This document shows positions 1 through 9,802 of a DNA stretch of 64,000 bases, piece by piece. The stretch lies in the NCBI GenBank assembly GCA_028279865.1, contig JANQMV010000010.1, positions 3,630 through 67,629 on the forward strand, read 5' to 3'. Positions within the stretch are counted from its first letter, which is position 1; each line of letters begins with the position of its first letter. The notes below the pieces were generated by a model, which saw only the letters and a list, made by a program, of their open reading frames with translations, made no database searches and was not told the origin of the DNA. Made by a program: the position numbers and the translations under genes. This stretch comes from Candidatus Altimarinota bacterium. GTDB taxonomy: Bacteria; Patescibacteriota; Gracilibacteria; JANQMV01.

Positions 1-942
1 AATATTAGCCAGGGTGATGGACAGACATCTACCGCAGGAGTTACAATTTCCTGCCATAACACAGCAAATGGGGGAACTTCCGGAAACGGAGGCTCTACAG
101 CTGGTACATATCAAGGTGGTGCAGGTTGAGGGCTAACAGGAAATGGTGCGAATGGAGGTTCGCATTGTGCTTTTGCTTATGGTGGTCAAAGTTTTTTGAA
201 TGGATGAGTCGGAGGGACGGGGAATTCTTGTTATACTTCTGAAAACTATGGTGGTTTCGGAGGAGGAGGAGGAGGTCAACTAGGGGGACCTGGAGCAGGT
301 GGAGGATATTCCGGATGAGGCAGTACAGGTAATTGGGCTAGCTATTCTACTTATGGTGGTGGTGGTGGATCCTATAACTCAGGGACAAATCAGTCTAACT
401 CTGCGGGTGTTAATAACGGACACGGTTATGTGAGCATCACATTACAATGAAATCCCGCATCTATAGCTTATGCTACTGCCAATCTTAATGGAAACAAGCA
501 AATTGTCTTCCTAGAGCTGCCTGCAGGGACTTCCATAACTTCAAATACGGAATACAAGGCATTTTGTGAAGCTCAAGGTTTTGCGCAAAATCAAAACTCA
601 AGCAGCAACAGTAATTACTTAAATGCTTGAATGCATAGCTCTTCAGAATATTATTGTTCAGATCATTGTTGTTATTTGGGCACAGGTAATAGTAAAGCTA
701 ATTCCTTAACTGCCTTCCAAAACCATGGCTTACCTATAAACACTAAATTTAGGGTGCGAGATCGTGGTTGTGGAAATTATGGTGGCAGTTTTAACCTTTG
801 AGAAAATACGACAGATTCCTTAGAAATAAACAGTTCGGGAGGTTTTTTTTATACACCTAACTATTATGGCTCATCTGATTTAGGCTCCTCAAGTCCTGAA
901 AGTTTTGCTTGAGACGGTCTTATTGTTTGCCAAAGTCAATAA
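1..942 (+). CDS. Glycine-rich exported protein, C-terminal part (5' end upstream of window). Needs table 25.
   Basis: Frame 1 is open from base 1 to TAA 940-942 only if TGA at 127, 205, 316, 448, 628, 799 and 910 are sense. The product has GGAG-TGA-G, NG-TGA-VGG, GAGGGYSG-TGA-GS and GGGGGSYNSG runs like the ALK/LTK-type glycine-rich domain, then a Cys-rich tail. Absent from the standard-code ORF track. Confidence 0.7.
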
Positions 943-973
943 TGAATCCTTTAAAAGCGTGGGAAACTAGTCT

Positions 974-1696
974 TTAGTGTTCCTCAATCCTATGTACCAC
1001 TTTTTCAATCAAATTTTGCAAAATGAAAAGATCCTCTTTTTCAATTTTGATTTTCAGAACTTGCTCAAGATTTGCCTTTTGTATGAAATTAATCGTTTTA
1101 ATTAAAGGAAAAGAGATTGCTTGAACGACAGCAATTTTAGATAAACAGCTTTGGCAGACAACTCCTAAATTACTAATATCAAAATAATTTTTTGATTCGG
1201 TTATTTTTTTTCTACATTTTAAACAGTGGTCGAAGCTTGGTAGGTAACCCAGAATCGTAAAAAATTTTACTTTGAAAGAAAGTAAAATCAATTCGCTATT
1301 TTGCTCTTCATTCAGAAGTCCGAAGCTAAATTTGCTAAGTTTGAGAATCTTTGGCAAGGGATATTTTTCTTCTGTGAATTTATTTAATAATTTGATGATT
1401 TCGTATCCGATTTCCATCAACTTCAAGTTTTGTATAATTTTTTTGTTCAACATGACACACTCTGCCCCATTTATTCTATAGAGATCATTTGTGCTACTTT
1501 TATAAAAATCAAAATTAATTTCATTAAAAAATTCTAAATGACCGCCTAGTTTACTTTTGATCTTACGAACTCCTTTGGCAATTGCGCTGATTTTGCCAAA
1601 TTCTTTTGTCAAGATTACAAAAATACGGTCTGCTTCAGAATAATCAGTCTTTCGGAGAATAATTCCGCTGGTTTTAAGGTTACGCTGTTGAGGCAT
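974..1696 (-). CDS. recO: DNA repair protein RecO
   Basis: 240-aa ORF. N-terminal OB-fold signature SGIILRKTDYSEADRIFVILTKEFGKISAIAKGVRK and C-terminal Cys pairs (HCLKC...CQSC). TAA stop. Confidence 0.85.
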   Translation of the reverse strand: MPQQRNLKTSGIILRKTDYSEADRIFVILTKEFGKISAIAKGVRKIKSKLGGHLEFFNEINFDFYKSSTNDLYRINGAECVMLNKKIIQNLKLMEIGYEIIKLLNKFTEEKYPLPKILKLSKFSFGLLNEEQNSELILLSFKVKFFTILGYLPSFDHCLKCRKKITESKNYFDISNLGVVCQSCLSKIAVVQAISFPLIKTINFIQKANLEQVLKIKIEKEDLFILQNLIEKVVHRIEEH

Positions 1697-1697
1697 T

Positions 1698-3182
1698 TTA
1701 CTTTCTTTTTATACCTAATAATGCAAGAATTTCCCGATCGACCACTTTAGTAAAATAAAGCATTAATCCGTAAATAACTCCTCCTGCCGGAATGAGTAGC
1801 ATGAGATTTTTGATCCCCCACGCCGCTGTTTGAAGGTTTAAATAGTAAACACAAACTCCCATTACAATTCCTGCGAAGACAATTTTAACAGCCTTTTTTA
1901 AATTAAGATTAATTTTAAGGATTTTCTTCACAACATAAAATGTTGCGATCAGGATGAAAATTTCCGACAGAACAGAGGTAGAGGCGGCACCTCTAAAACC
2001 ATAAGAAGGAATGACAATGAGATTGGAAACAAGATTAAAAATAACACAAAAAAGATTAATCCACAGCAGCTTAATCTGTTTACCCATAGCCACTAAAGTA
2101 AAACCAAAAAGAGAGTTTATAAAAGAAAAAAGCAGTGCAAAAATTAAAATAACCAGAGCTATATCAGCACCATATTCAAAAAGATTTCCACTGACAAATT
2201 CCTCCGTAGAAACCAGCTGAACGATTTTTTTAGATAAAACAAAAACACCTGCCACAATAGGCACCCCCATTGCTAAAAGAAAATCAAAAGAGTACTGGAT
2301 CAATTTAGTAATTTTTTCACTTTTTTCCTCTAGATAACGTGTCATTACAGGCAAAACAGAATTCATAAAATAAACAGGAATAATCACCAAAACATCAAGC
2401 ATCCGCATTGCAACACCATACATTCCCACCTCATCCAAATCCTTCATGAGGGAAAGCAGAATCGTATCCATACGAAAATACAAGGTACTTAAAACAAGCG
2501 CGATTCCATATGGCAGAGCTTTGACCGTGATTTTTTTCCAATAACTGAAGTCAAACCGATGGCGGATTTCTGTAAACCTTTTGGTGAATAACCACGTCAA
2601 AGCAACCAAGAGCAGATTGCCGCAAACTCCAGCTACAAGTAACTGAAAGAAGCCGGAAGCGGAGTAGTCTTTGTAAAAATAAAAAACAACCATCAGCATA
2701 TAACCTGTACTCACTAACTTGCTTATTACCAGCGCAATGACGGAATATTGCATCTTTAAATATACCTGTAAGACACTTGAAATAGTGCCGGAAAGTAGAG
2801 AGAAAAATGTCGAAACAGAAGCAATCGCTATTCCCATAGGAATAAGTGTGTCATCATACTTAGGAATCAAGAAAGAAATTCCCGCAGCAAGGGACATCAA
2901 AAAAAGAGCAAGCAGTGTCCTAATAGAAAGAACATTACCAATAATATGTGGTATTTTTGCCTTGTCTTTCGACATTTCACGAACCGCAATGGTATAAATT
3001 CCCAGATCAGCTGCAATGCCAAAAAACGCCAGAAATTCATAAATTGTCGTGTACTGTCCATAACCGGCGACTCCCAAATAATTTGTAATGATTTTTACAA
3101 TTAAAATTGAAAGTCCTGCTGTGATAACTTTTCCAATAATTTGAAAAAGTGTGTTACTGAGGATTTTACGTGCGATAGACAA
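1698..3182 (-). CDS. MOP-superfamily flippase (Wzx/MurJ-like polysaccharide or lipid-linked oligosaccharide exporter)
   Basis: 494-aa polytopic membrane ORF with a typical N-terminus (ILSNTLFQIIGKVITAGLSILIVKIITNYLG). Its TAA stop lies 1 nt from the recO start. Confidence 0.7.
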   Translation of the reverse strand: MSIARKILSNTLFQIIGKVITAGLSILIVKIITNYLGVAGYGQYTTIYEFLAFFGIAADLGIYTIAVREMSKDKAKIPHIIGNVLSIRTLLALFLMSLAAGISFLIPKYDDTLIPMGIAIASVSTFFSLLSGTISSVLQVYLKMQYSVIALVISKLVSTGYMLMVVFYFYKDYSASGFFQLLVAGVCGNLLLVALTWLFTKRFTEIRHRFDFSYWKKITVKALPYGIALVLSTLYFRMDTILLSLMKDLDEVGMYGVAMRMLDVLVIIPVYFMNSVLPVMTRYLEEKSEKITKLIQYSFDFLLAMGVPIVAGVFVLSKKIVQLVSTEEFVSGNLFEYGADIALVILIFALLFSFINSLFGFTLVAMGKQIKLLWINLFCVIFNLVSNLIVIPSYGFRGAASTSVLSEIFILIATFYVVKKILKINLNLKKAVKIVFAGIVMGVCVYYLNLQTAAWGIKNLMLLIPAGGVIYGLMLYFTKVVDREILALLGIKRK

Positions 3183-3357
3183 TTTTTTGGCTTGATTAAT
3201 GATAATTGTGTACTCAGGAAGAAGTTTAATCTAAAAAGTTTAAAGTAGAAAGTTTTTATCTTTTTTGAACTCAGTTGGCTAAAAGTCAATTCTGCTTGCG
3301 TTTTTTGACGGCTTCACTAGAATAGGCTCAGTTTTTATCTTTTTATTTGAAACAAAT

Positions 3358-3687
3358 ATGAAAAAATTAATCGTAATGTTTGGAATCACCGTATTACTTA
3401 CAGGATGTTCAGCAAATTCCAACATAAACACAAACCCTGACGAAGAAAATTTTGATGCAAATTACCAAGGTTCATCGGAACTTGACTTGGAAAATGCTGG
3501 CATGAATAAGGAAGGTAAAGACCCAGCGATGGGAGAAGAAGTCGATTCTGATGGTGAAATGACGGAAGCAACAGAAGCAGGTGTAGATGACATTGAAGAG
3601 GAATCTGAGATGCTTTCCGCTGAAGAGACGGAAAATACAGGCACAGGAGAAACTTCAATGGAGGTCGACTTAGAAGCTCAAAATTAA
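3358..3687 (+). CDS. Small acidic lipoprotein
   Basis: Signal peptide with lipobox LLTGC, followed by a D/E-rich sequence. TAA stop. Confidence 0.55.
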   Translation: MKKLIVMFGITVLLTGCSANSNINTNPDEENFDANYQGSSELDLENAGMNKEGKDPAMGEEVDSDGEMTEATEAGVDDIEEESEMLSAEETENTGTGETSMEVDLEAQN

Positions 3688-3716
3688 AGATAATTTATTA
3701 TTTATAACAAAAAAAC

Positions 3717-4451
3717 ATGAAAAAATTAATTCCACTAGCTGCTATCGTTTTTATTTTAGCCGGGTGTGATCTATCTAAAGAATCAGCAACAAATCTTAAC
3801 CTTGATAATGAGACAACCGGCACAAAGACCTCGGAAAATGTTCCGTTTGGAGAAAAAGATTCAATGGAACAGGTACAAATTGATCCCACAGAAGGAGCCT
3901 TAGAAAAAAATAATTCTTTAACTTCGGAAAAAACTATGACGATTAAACAAACAGATCTGCCACAGTCGGGAGAAAAAGTGGCAACCATGGAAACAACAAA
4001 AGGGACAATTAAGATTCGTCTTTTTGAGAAGCAAGTTCCAAAAACTGTTGAAAATTTTATCGGACTTGCTGAAAAGGGGTATTACGATGGTGTGATTTTT
4101 CACAGAGTAATTCCTGACTTTATGATTCAGGGCGGAGATCCTACAGGAAGCGGAATGGGGGGAGAAAGTCTTTGGGGAGGTAAATTTGAAGATGAATTTG
4201 TAGATGGATTAAAAAATATTTATGGTGCACTTTCGATGGCGAATGCAGGTCCCGGAACAAATGGGAGTCAGTTTTTCATTGTGCAAAATCAAGACGGAAC
4301 TCCTTGGTTAGATGGTGCTCACTCTGTATTTGGTCAAGTCTTTGAAGGAATGGATGTGGTGAATTCGATTGCAACTGTAGAGCGTGATCCGATGGATAAG
4401 CCGCTTGAAGAAATCTCCATTATTTCAATAAAAATTGAAACACAAGTATAA
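3717..4451 (+). CDS. Cyclophilin-type peptidyl-prolyl cis-trans isomerase, lipoprotein
   Basis: Lipobox ILAGC. Cyclophilin core [26 protein letters not shown]...NGSQFFI. Confidence 0.9.
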   Translation: MKKLIPLAAIVFILAGCDLSKESATNLNLDNETTGTKTSENVPFGEKDSMEQVQIDPTEGALEKNNSLTSEKTMTIKQTDLPQSGEKVATMETTKGTIKIRLFEKQVPKTVENFIGLAEKGYYDGVIFHRVIPDFMIQGGDPTGSGMGGESLWGGKFEDEFVDGLKNIYGALSMANAGPGTNGSQFFIVQNQDGTPWLDGAHSVFGQVFEGMDVVNSIATVERDPMDKPLEEISIISIKIETQV

Positions 4452-4479
4452 ATCTCAAAAATAAATTTAAACCAACTTC

Positions 4480-4509
4480 AAAAACTCCACTAATTTAAGT
4501 GGAGTTTTT
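4480..4509 (+). terminator. Rho-independent terminator after the PPIase gene
   Basis: Stem ACTCCACT / AGTGGAGT with a 6-nt loop, followed by a T run and preceded by an A run. Confidence 0.6.
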
Positions 4510-4584
4510 AAAATTCACTTTTGCATTCTCTTTCTTTTTTAATAACTTCATACTAAGATTAATTGTGCATTAATTTAGTTTATT

Positions 4585-5286
4585 ATGCAGACCAGAAACC
4601 AAGTATTACTCTTAGTTATCGGTGCCGCAGTTGGTTTACTTTTAATTAGCCAGTACCAAGCAAAACCGCTTACAATTACAACTGACAAATTTAGTGAGGC
4701 TCAGGATCAAAAAGAGATCCTTGAAATGCTAAACAAAGAACAAAATTTATTAAAAACTCAGATTTCAGGGCTACGTGAAAAATTAAACGAACTTCAATCT
4801 CAAGACATCAAAGAAGAAGACCAGGAAATTATCCAAAAACTCAAAGAGCGTATTGGACTTGTTACTGTTGCTGGTCCCGGAGTTCAAGTTATTCTAAATG
4901 ACAGTGCTGATGTAATTCGTGAAAATCTTGACGTAAATAATGATGCACTTGTGCATGCTGCTGACTTGCGAGATGTGATTAACCTACTACGTGTTTCTAA
5001 GGCGGAAGCGGTTTCCATCAATGGGCAAAGAATTCTAATTAATTCACCAATTTCTTGTGTCGGTAACTCTATTTTGGTAAATAACTCAAACTTGCTTCCA
5101 CCTTTTCAGATCGAAGCAGTAGGGGATGCCAGCGTATTGATGACTCAACTTGAAAACAATCTCTTAGGTATTCACAAAAGAACCATTGATAACAACCTTA
5201 TTTTTAAAGTTGAACGTAAAGAAGATCTCAGTATACCGATTTACAGTGGAGACTTAGGTTTTAATTTTGCGGAGGTTGTAGAATAA
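4585..5286 (+). CDS. DUF881-family membrane-anchored protein
   Basis: N-terminal TM segment, coiled coil, then GPGVQVILNDS...ALVHAADLRDVINLL, typical of DUF881. Confidence 0.7.
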   Translation: MQTRNQVLLLVIGAAVGLLLISQYQAKPLTITTDKFSEAQDQKEILEMLNKEQNLLKTQISGLREKLNELQSQDIKEEDQEIIQKLKERIGLVTVAGPGVQVILNDSADVIRENLDVNNDALVHAADLRDVINLLRVSKAEAVSINGQRILINSPISCVGNSILVNNSNLLPPFQIEAVGDASVLMTQLENNLLGIHKRTIDNNLIFKVERKEDLSIPIYSGDLGFNFAEVVE

Positions 5287-5288
5287 AA

Positions 5289-5678
5289 TTAAAAATTTAG
5301 CCAAGTAATTCTCAGCTGTAAAACTGTCGCGAAAGCAACCCATATTAAATATGGAATGTTTGCATATACAACAAATTTTGCATACGGGTAAATTGCAAAC
5401 ATTAACCAGATAATTGTAATTAATACCAAAACTATATCTATTGCTGCCAAGACATTATTTTTCAAAGCAAATTGCAGGGGGGTAAAAGCAAAGTTAAAAA
5501 TAAGATTCAAAACGAATGGCAGAAGTACAATAAAAGGTATTTTTCCTTTTATAAAAAGCCAAGCAACATACCCAAAAGTCGTTGCAATTATTATATAAAG
5601 AATCGTCCATACCGGTCCAAAGATCCATGCTGGTGGTGACCATGTTGGTTTTATTAATTGCTGATACCAATTTTGCAT
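5289..5678 (-). CDS. tspO: TspO/MBR tryptophan-rich sensory protein (appears to lack TM1, see findings)
   Basis: From the internal Met: MQNWYQQLIKPTWSPPAWIFGPVWTILY, the canonical TspO motif. The track ORF extends to a GTG at 5741, but that extension has no family resemblance. Confidence 0.7.
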   Translation of the reverse strand: MQNWYQQLIKPTWSPPAWIFGPVWTILYIIIATTFGYVAWLFIKGKIPFIVLLPFVLNLIFNFAFTPLQFALKNNVLAAIDIVLVLITIIWLMFAIYPYAKFVVYANIPYLIWVAFATVLQLRITWLNF

Positions 5679-5682
5679 AATT

Positions 5683-5823
5683 TTAATTTTTTTCGGGGAT
5701 AAAATAGACAAACCACACAAACCAGACAAGTGAAATAGCACCTAACCAGTCTCCATCCAAGGCTGCTGGAATTCCTTGTATCCCAAGTAATCCTAAAAAT
5801 CCCAAGATCCAACGCTGTTTCAT
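5683..5823 (-). CDS. 46-aa hydrophobic ORF, possibly the displaced N-terminus of tspO
   Basis: ATG 5823-5821 to TAA 5685-5683: MKQRWILGFLGLLGIQGIPAALDGDWLGAISLVWFVWFVYFIPEKN. It ends inside an A7 run 5 nt before the tspO ATG, in a different frame. Confidence 0.3.
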   Translation of the reverse strand: MKQRWILGFLGLLGIQGIPAALDGDWLGAISLVWFVWFVYFIPEKN

Positions 5824-5911
5824 AATTCTTGAATTAAGGATAAAACTGTCTGGTATTTTCCTCTTTTTAACAATTTAATGCAAATTTTATTAGCTGGAAA
5901 TAAAATCAGCC

Positions 5912-6307
5912 TTAGTTTTCCAAATCAGCAAAAATTTCATGTATGTTTCCATCCGGGTCAGCGAAAAAACCAGCACGCTGTCCCCAAGGCATATCTGCCG
6001 GTTCTTTGATAGAAACTGCTCCTTTTTCGATAATTTCCGCAAAACTTTTATCAACTTCTGCAGAAGAATTTTCCCGGAAAGCCAGCTCGAGCGTTTGTCC
6101 TTTTTTCTTTTCTTTGTAAGTATGGTGATTAGTGACTTGGCTCATGATGCTATTTGTACTGATTGCAAATCTTGTGCCGGTATTTTCGAATTCAACATAT
6201 TCGTCCATTTGAAGAATGACTTTAAATCCCAGAGTATCTCGGTAAAAACCAAGCATTTCTTCAAAATTATTGGTAATGATTCCGATCATGTCAATTTTTG
6301 ATTGCAT
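5912..6307 (-). CDS. VOC/glyoxalase-family protein
   Basis: 131-aa ORF with the glyoxalase/bleomycin-resistance fold pattern (GFYRDTLGF...PWGQRAGFFADPDGNIHEI). Confidence 0.7.
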   Translation of the reverse strand: MQSKIDMIGIITNNFEEMLGFYRDTLGFKVILQMDEYVEFENTGTRFAISTNSIMSQVTNHHTYKEKKKGQTLELAFRENSSAEVDKSFAEIIEKGAVSIKEPADMPWGQRAGFFADPDGNIHEIFADLEN

Positions 6308-6317
6308 AGGGTTTGTC

Positions 6318-7283
6318 TTAATTTTTTAAAGCAATTTTTCTCCAACGTATTAATAGTATCAAAATAATAAGACCAGCGAAAACAATTCCGACAATACCAT
6401 TTGCAAATTCATTGACAGGAGAGAATGATATCCAGAAAAAGACTGAACCAAAAATTAGGTTAACAAGATGTCTTTTCGTGACTTTCTGGTTAAGGATCTG
6501 ATAGAAAACAAACCAGAGTACTGCAAGGATAAGTATAAATTGCCAGAAAATTGTGTTATTTCCCGGTACGTTAATTTCAGCTAAAATATAAGGCATGAGG
6601 ACATTTATTCCTTGGAAGAGGAATCCGGCGAGCCAAAAAATTTTAGTTGAGAAAAGTTTAAACTTCTTTGAAACTTTATTTTTTCTGAAGAAATAAGTAA
6701 GCCAAATAAGCAATAATACTATTACGATGCTTCCACCGATGAGATCATCATTTGGTGTATAGTCCTTGTACATGGGCTCAAGTTTATATTCTATCAAAAA
6801 AACCATCCAAAAAAGCACAACACTTACTAAGCCAAGGAAACTAAAAAATAATCCTGTTTTTTTGAGTAATGGTTTGTTTTTATATTTTGGCCAACCTAAA
6901 TCGGTAATATAAATAGGGATGAGCGTACTTATGGTCGCATGAAAAAGTATAAGCATTAAAGTCCACGGTCACTGAATCTCGTCATGTAGACCGTAGCCAG
7001 AAAGTTCTCCCAGATCTCCATGGTCTAGATTAAAGCAAGATTGAATCATCGTTCCTTCTTCTAGAATCCCGTACGCAGCCGCAATAAAAAGAATACTCCA
7101 CTGAACTCTCCAGCGAACTTTTATTTCCCTAATAAGCAATGTCCCGCAGCCGTAGAGTAGAACTAGTAAAAAAAATGTAGCAGGGTGAAGAAACTCTAAT
7201 GGAGGAGTAGATCCTGAGATGACCTCTCCCAAGATAGGGGGCACCAAAAGTAACAAACCAATGATTTTTGTTCGAGTCTTCAT
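6318..7283 (-). CDS. Polytopic membrane protein, one gene with an in-frame TGA (table 25)
   Basis: Track ORF 6969-7283 ends at TGA 6971-6969. Four codons later, in the same frame, comes the ATG of ORF 6318-6956. Both halves are hydrophobic TM bundles. Confidence 0.6.
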
Positions 7284-7502
7284 GGTTGTATATGTTTAAA
7301 TGTTTTTATCTAGATAGAATAAAATTTATTCACATACCTATAACTTGCAGGCAAGTCAGAAAAAACAGCAGTAATACTAAAAAAGTTAATAAAACAAAAT
7401 AAATTATAGCATAATTACACAGTTCGCATTCGAAAAATTGCTTTTCTTTCAAAATAAAATAGAATGTACAAGGTGCTAATTACAATCTAAATTATATAAA
7501 AT

Positions 7503-7976
7503 ATGGGAAGATTTGAGTTTATCGTTCATTCAAAGTTTGCAACAGCGATTGCCTTACTTTTGATTTGGATTTTTGTGGGAACAGTGACTTTTCACTTTTT
7601 TGAAGATTGGACTTGGATAGAATCTTTTTATTTTTCAGTAGTTACATTAACAACGATTGGTTTTGGAGATCTGGTACCTACCTCAGATTTTACCAGATTT
7701 TTAGCCTCAATTTATATTTTGGCAGGTGTCTCTGCCGTGCTTGCTTCTCTCACTATAATCGGCAATACGGTGATTAAACAGTATCAAGATCGTTTGCTTA
7801 GAGAAAACCAAAAGTTGAAAAAAAAGGTTGAAGTTCTAACGATTATCGATGATGTTCCGGAAAAATATCATAAAGAAAGATTGGAGCGAGAAAATCGACA
7901 TTTAAGAAATATTATCAAATCAATTAAAACTGCGATCGAACCTAAAAAGTCTTCAAAAACTCCGGAAAAAAGTTAG
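7503..7976 (+). CDS. Two-TM potassium channel
   Basis: Selectivity filter TLTTIGFGD between two TM helices, with a charged C-terminal tail. Confidence 0.8.
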   Translation: MGRFEFIVHSKFATAIALLLIWIFVGTVTFHFFEDWTWIESFYFSVVTLTTIGFGDLVPTSDFTRFLASIYILAGVSAVLASLTIIGNTVIKQYQDRLLRENQKLKKKVEVLTIIDDVPEKYHKERLERENRHLRNIIKSIKTAIEPKKSSKTPEKS

Positions 7977-8031
7977 ATAAAGAGACTCTTTTCGACTATA
8001 ATCAAGAGGCAGTTTAACCAGAAAAAACAAA

Positions 8032-9672
8032 ATGAATATTGTTGAAATCAGAAAAAAAGTCGACCAAATTGATGCTCAAATTGTGGAGTTAATCAAGCAA
8101 CGCTTAGAGCTTCTGCCAGAAGTCGTCGCCTACAAAAAAAAACATAATCTAGCTGTTTATCAAGAAAAACGTGAAAAAGTCATTTTCTCAAATTTAAACA
8201 AAATTTCACAGAAATTAGGTGTAAATTATGATTTAGTAAAAAATGTTTGGAAACTTTTAATTGAAGAGGCACATCAAATTGAACATGCGTTGTTGGAAAC
8301 TGAAAAATCAAAAAAAGTTGAACTTAAAGTTGATTTTCAAAAACTTAAGATTCAAAGAAAAAAGTTAGACTTAAAAATCCCTTTGTTTGATATTTTTCAG
8401 TCAATTTATGCTAATTATGATCATTTTTATTTTTTAGACTCTTTGGAAGAGGACTCTGAGTTATCACGTAAATCATATGTGGGCTTTGATCCTACTCATG
8501 TCTTTAAAGCAAAAAACCATGATTTTTTCATTGATGATCAAAAAGTGGAATGTGAAAACCCTCTGGAAAAATTAAAAGAAATTTTCCCTACGGATTTATT
8601 TAAAGATTCGGGCAGCTTTGTCGGCGGATTAGTAGGATACTTGGGGTATGAAGCCTTAAGATACAAAGAAGATCTACCTTATTTTAAAGATAATGTTGAA
8701 TGGAATGATTTTGAATTCGGGCTTTACTTGGATGGATTGGTCTTTGACCATGAGACAGGGGAGCTTGATTATTTTTATCTGAATGAAGATCGCAGCGAAT
8801 TAATTCAAGAGGTATTGAAAAATACTTTTGATCTTATGCCTCTTACCGTCAGTAGGGAAGATCACACTCCTTCCGATTCGGAATTTAAAGATGGTGTTAT
8901 AAAAGTTAAAAAACACATAGGACAAGGTGACATTTTTCAAGGAGTTTTGAGTCAAAGATTCAATTATCGAATTGAAGGATCTACTCTTTCTTTTTACAAA
9001 AAACTAAGGGAAATTAATCCTTCGCCTCATATGTTTTTTGTGAAATTTGGACAAAGAGAATTAATCGGTTCTTCTCCTGAGTTAATCGCGCGTGTTGAAA
9101 AAGGGGTGATCGAAACTTTCCCGATTGCAGGAACACGCAGTCGAGGAAAAAATAAAACTGAAGATCAAAAAATAGAAAAAGACCTCCTGAAAAATTCTAA
9201 AGAAAGGGCGGAACATATGATGCTCGTCGATATGGCTAGAAACGATCTGGGCAGGATTTGCGACTACGGCAGTATAGAAGTAAAAAAATTAATGTATACA
9301 AAAAAATATTCGCATGTCCAGCACATTGTCAGTAATGTACAAGGACGTTTGAGTGATGATGTGAATATCATTGATGCCGTACTGACACAAATGCCGATGG
9401 GGACAGTTTCGGGCTCACCCCGTTTGGAAGCGGTGAAAATTTTAAATGACCTAGAGCCAACAGTACGCGGTCCCTACGGAGGGGGAGTTGGTTTTTTATC
9501 TTTTTCTAGAGAATGTGTTTTTGCACTCATGATCCGTTCTCTTTTTTTAAATGGAAAAAAGGCTTACACTCAGGCAGGTGCTGGAATTGTTGACGAATCT
9601 GTAGCTGAACATGAATTAAAAGAAGTTCATAAAAAATCTCGCGTAGTCAAAAAAGCCTTGCATTCAGATTAA
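8032..9672 (+). CDS. Fusion of an AroQ-type chorismate mutase-like domain with a chorismate-utilising enzyme (TrpE/PabB-like component I)
   Basis: The N-terminal 90 aa match the CM_2 pattern (IRKKVDQIDAQIVELIKQRLEL...EKREKVI). The C-terminus has GDIFQGVLSQRF, SPELIARV, PIAGTRSRG, AEHMMLVDMARNDLGRI and RGPYGGGVGF. Confidence 0.8.
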   Translation: MNIVEIRKKVDQIDAQIVELIKQRLELLPEVVAYKKKHNLAVYQEKREKVIFSNLNKISQKLGVNYDLVKNVWKLLIEEAHQIEHALLETEKSKKVELKVDFQKLKIQRKKLDLKIPLFDIFQSIYANYDHFYFLDSLEEDSELSRKSYVGFDPTHVFKAKNHDFFIDDQKVECENPLEKLKEIFPTDLFKDSGSFVGGLVGYLGYEALRYKEDLPYFKDNVEWNDFEFGLYLDGLVFDHETGELDYFYLNEDRSELIQEVLKNTFDLMPLTVSREDHTPSDSEFKDGVIKVKKHIGQGDIFQGVLSQRFNYRIEGSTLSFYKKLREINPSPHMFFVKFGQRELIGSSPELIARVEKGVIETFPIAGTRSRGKNKTEDQKIEKDLLKNSKERAEHMMLVDMARNDLGRICDYGSIEVKKLMYTKKYSHVQHIVSNVQGRLSDDVNIIDAVLTQMPMGTVSGSPRLEAVKILNDLEPTVRGPYGGGVGFLSFSRECVFALMIRSLFLNGKKAYTQAGAGIVDESVAEHELKEVHKKSRVVKKALHSD

Positions 9673-9802
9673 TCCCATTTTTAATTGAGCTGAGATTAGT
9701 TAAAAAAAACGTAGTAAAAAAGCATAAATAAAAATTGACCTTTGATATTTCGTTTTAGTAGAATGAAGAAAATAATACTTTTATATTTTTCATTTAAAAA
9801 CT

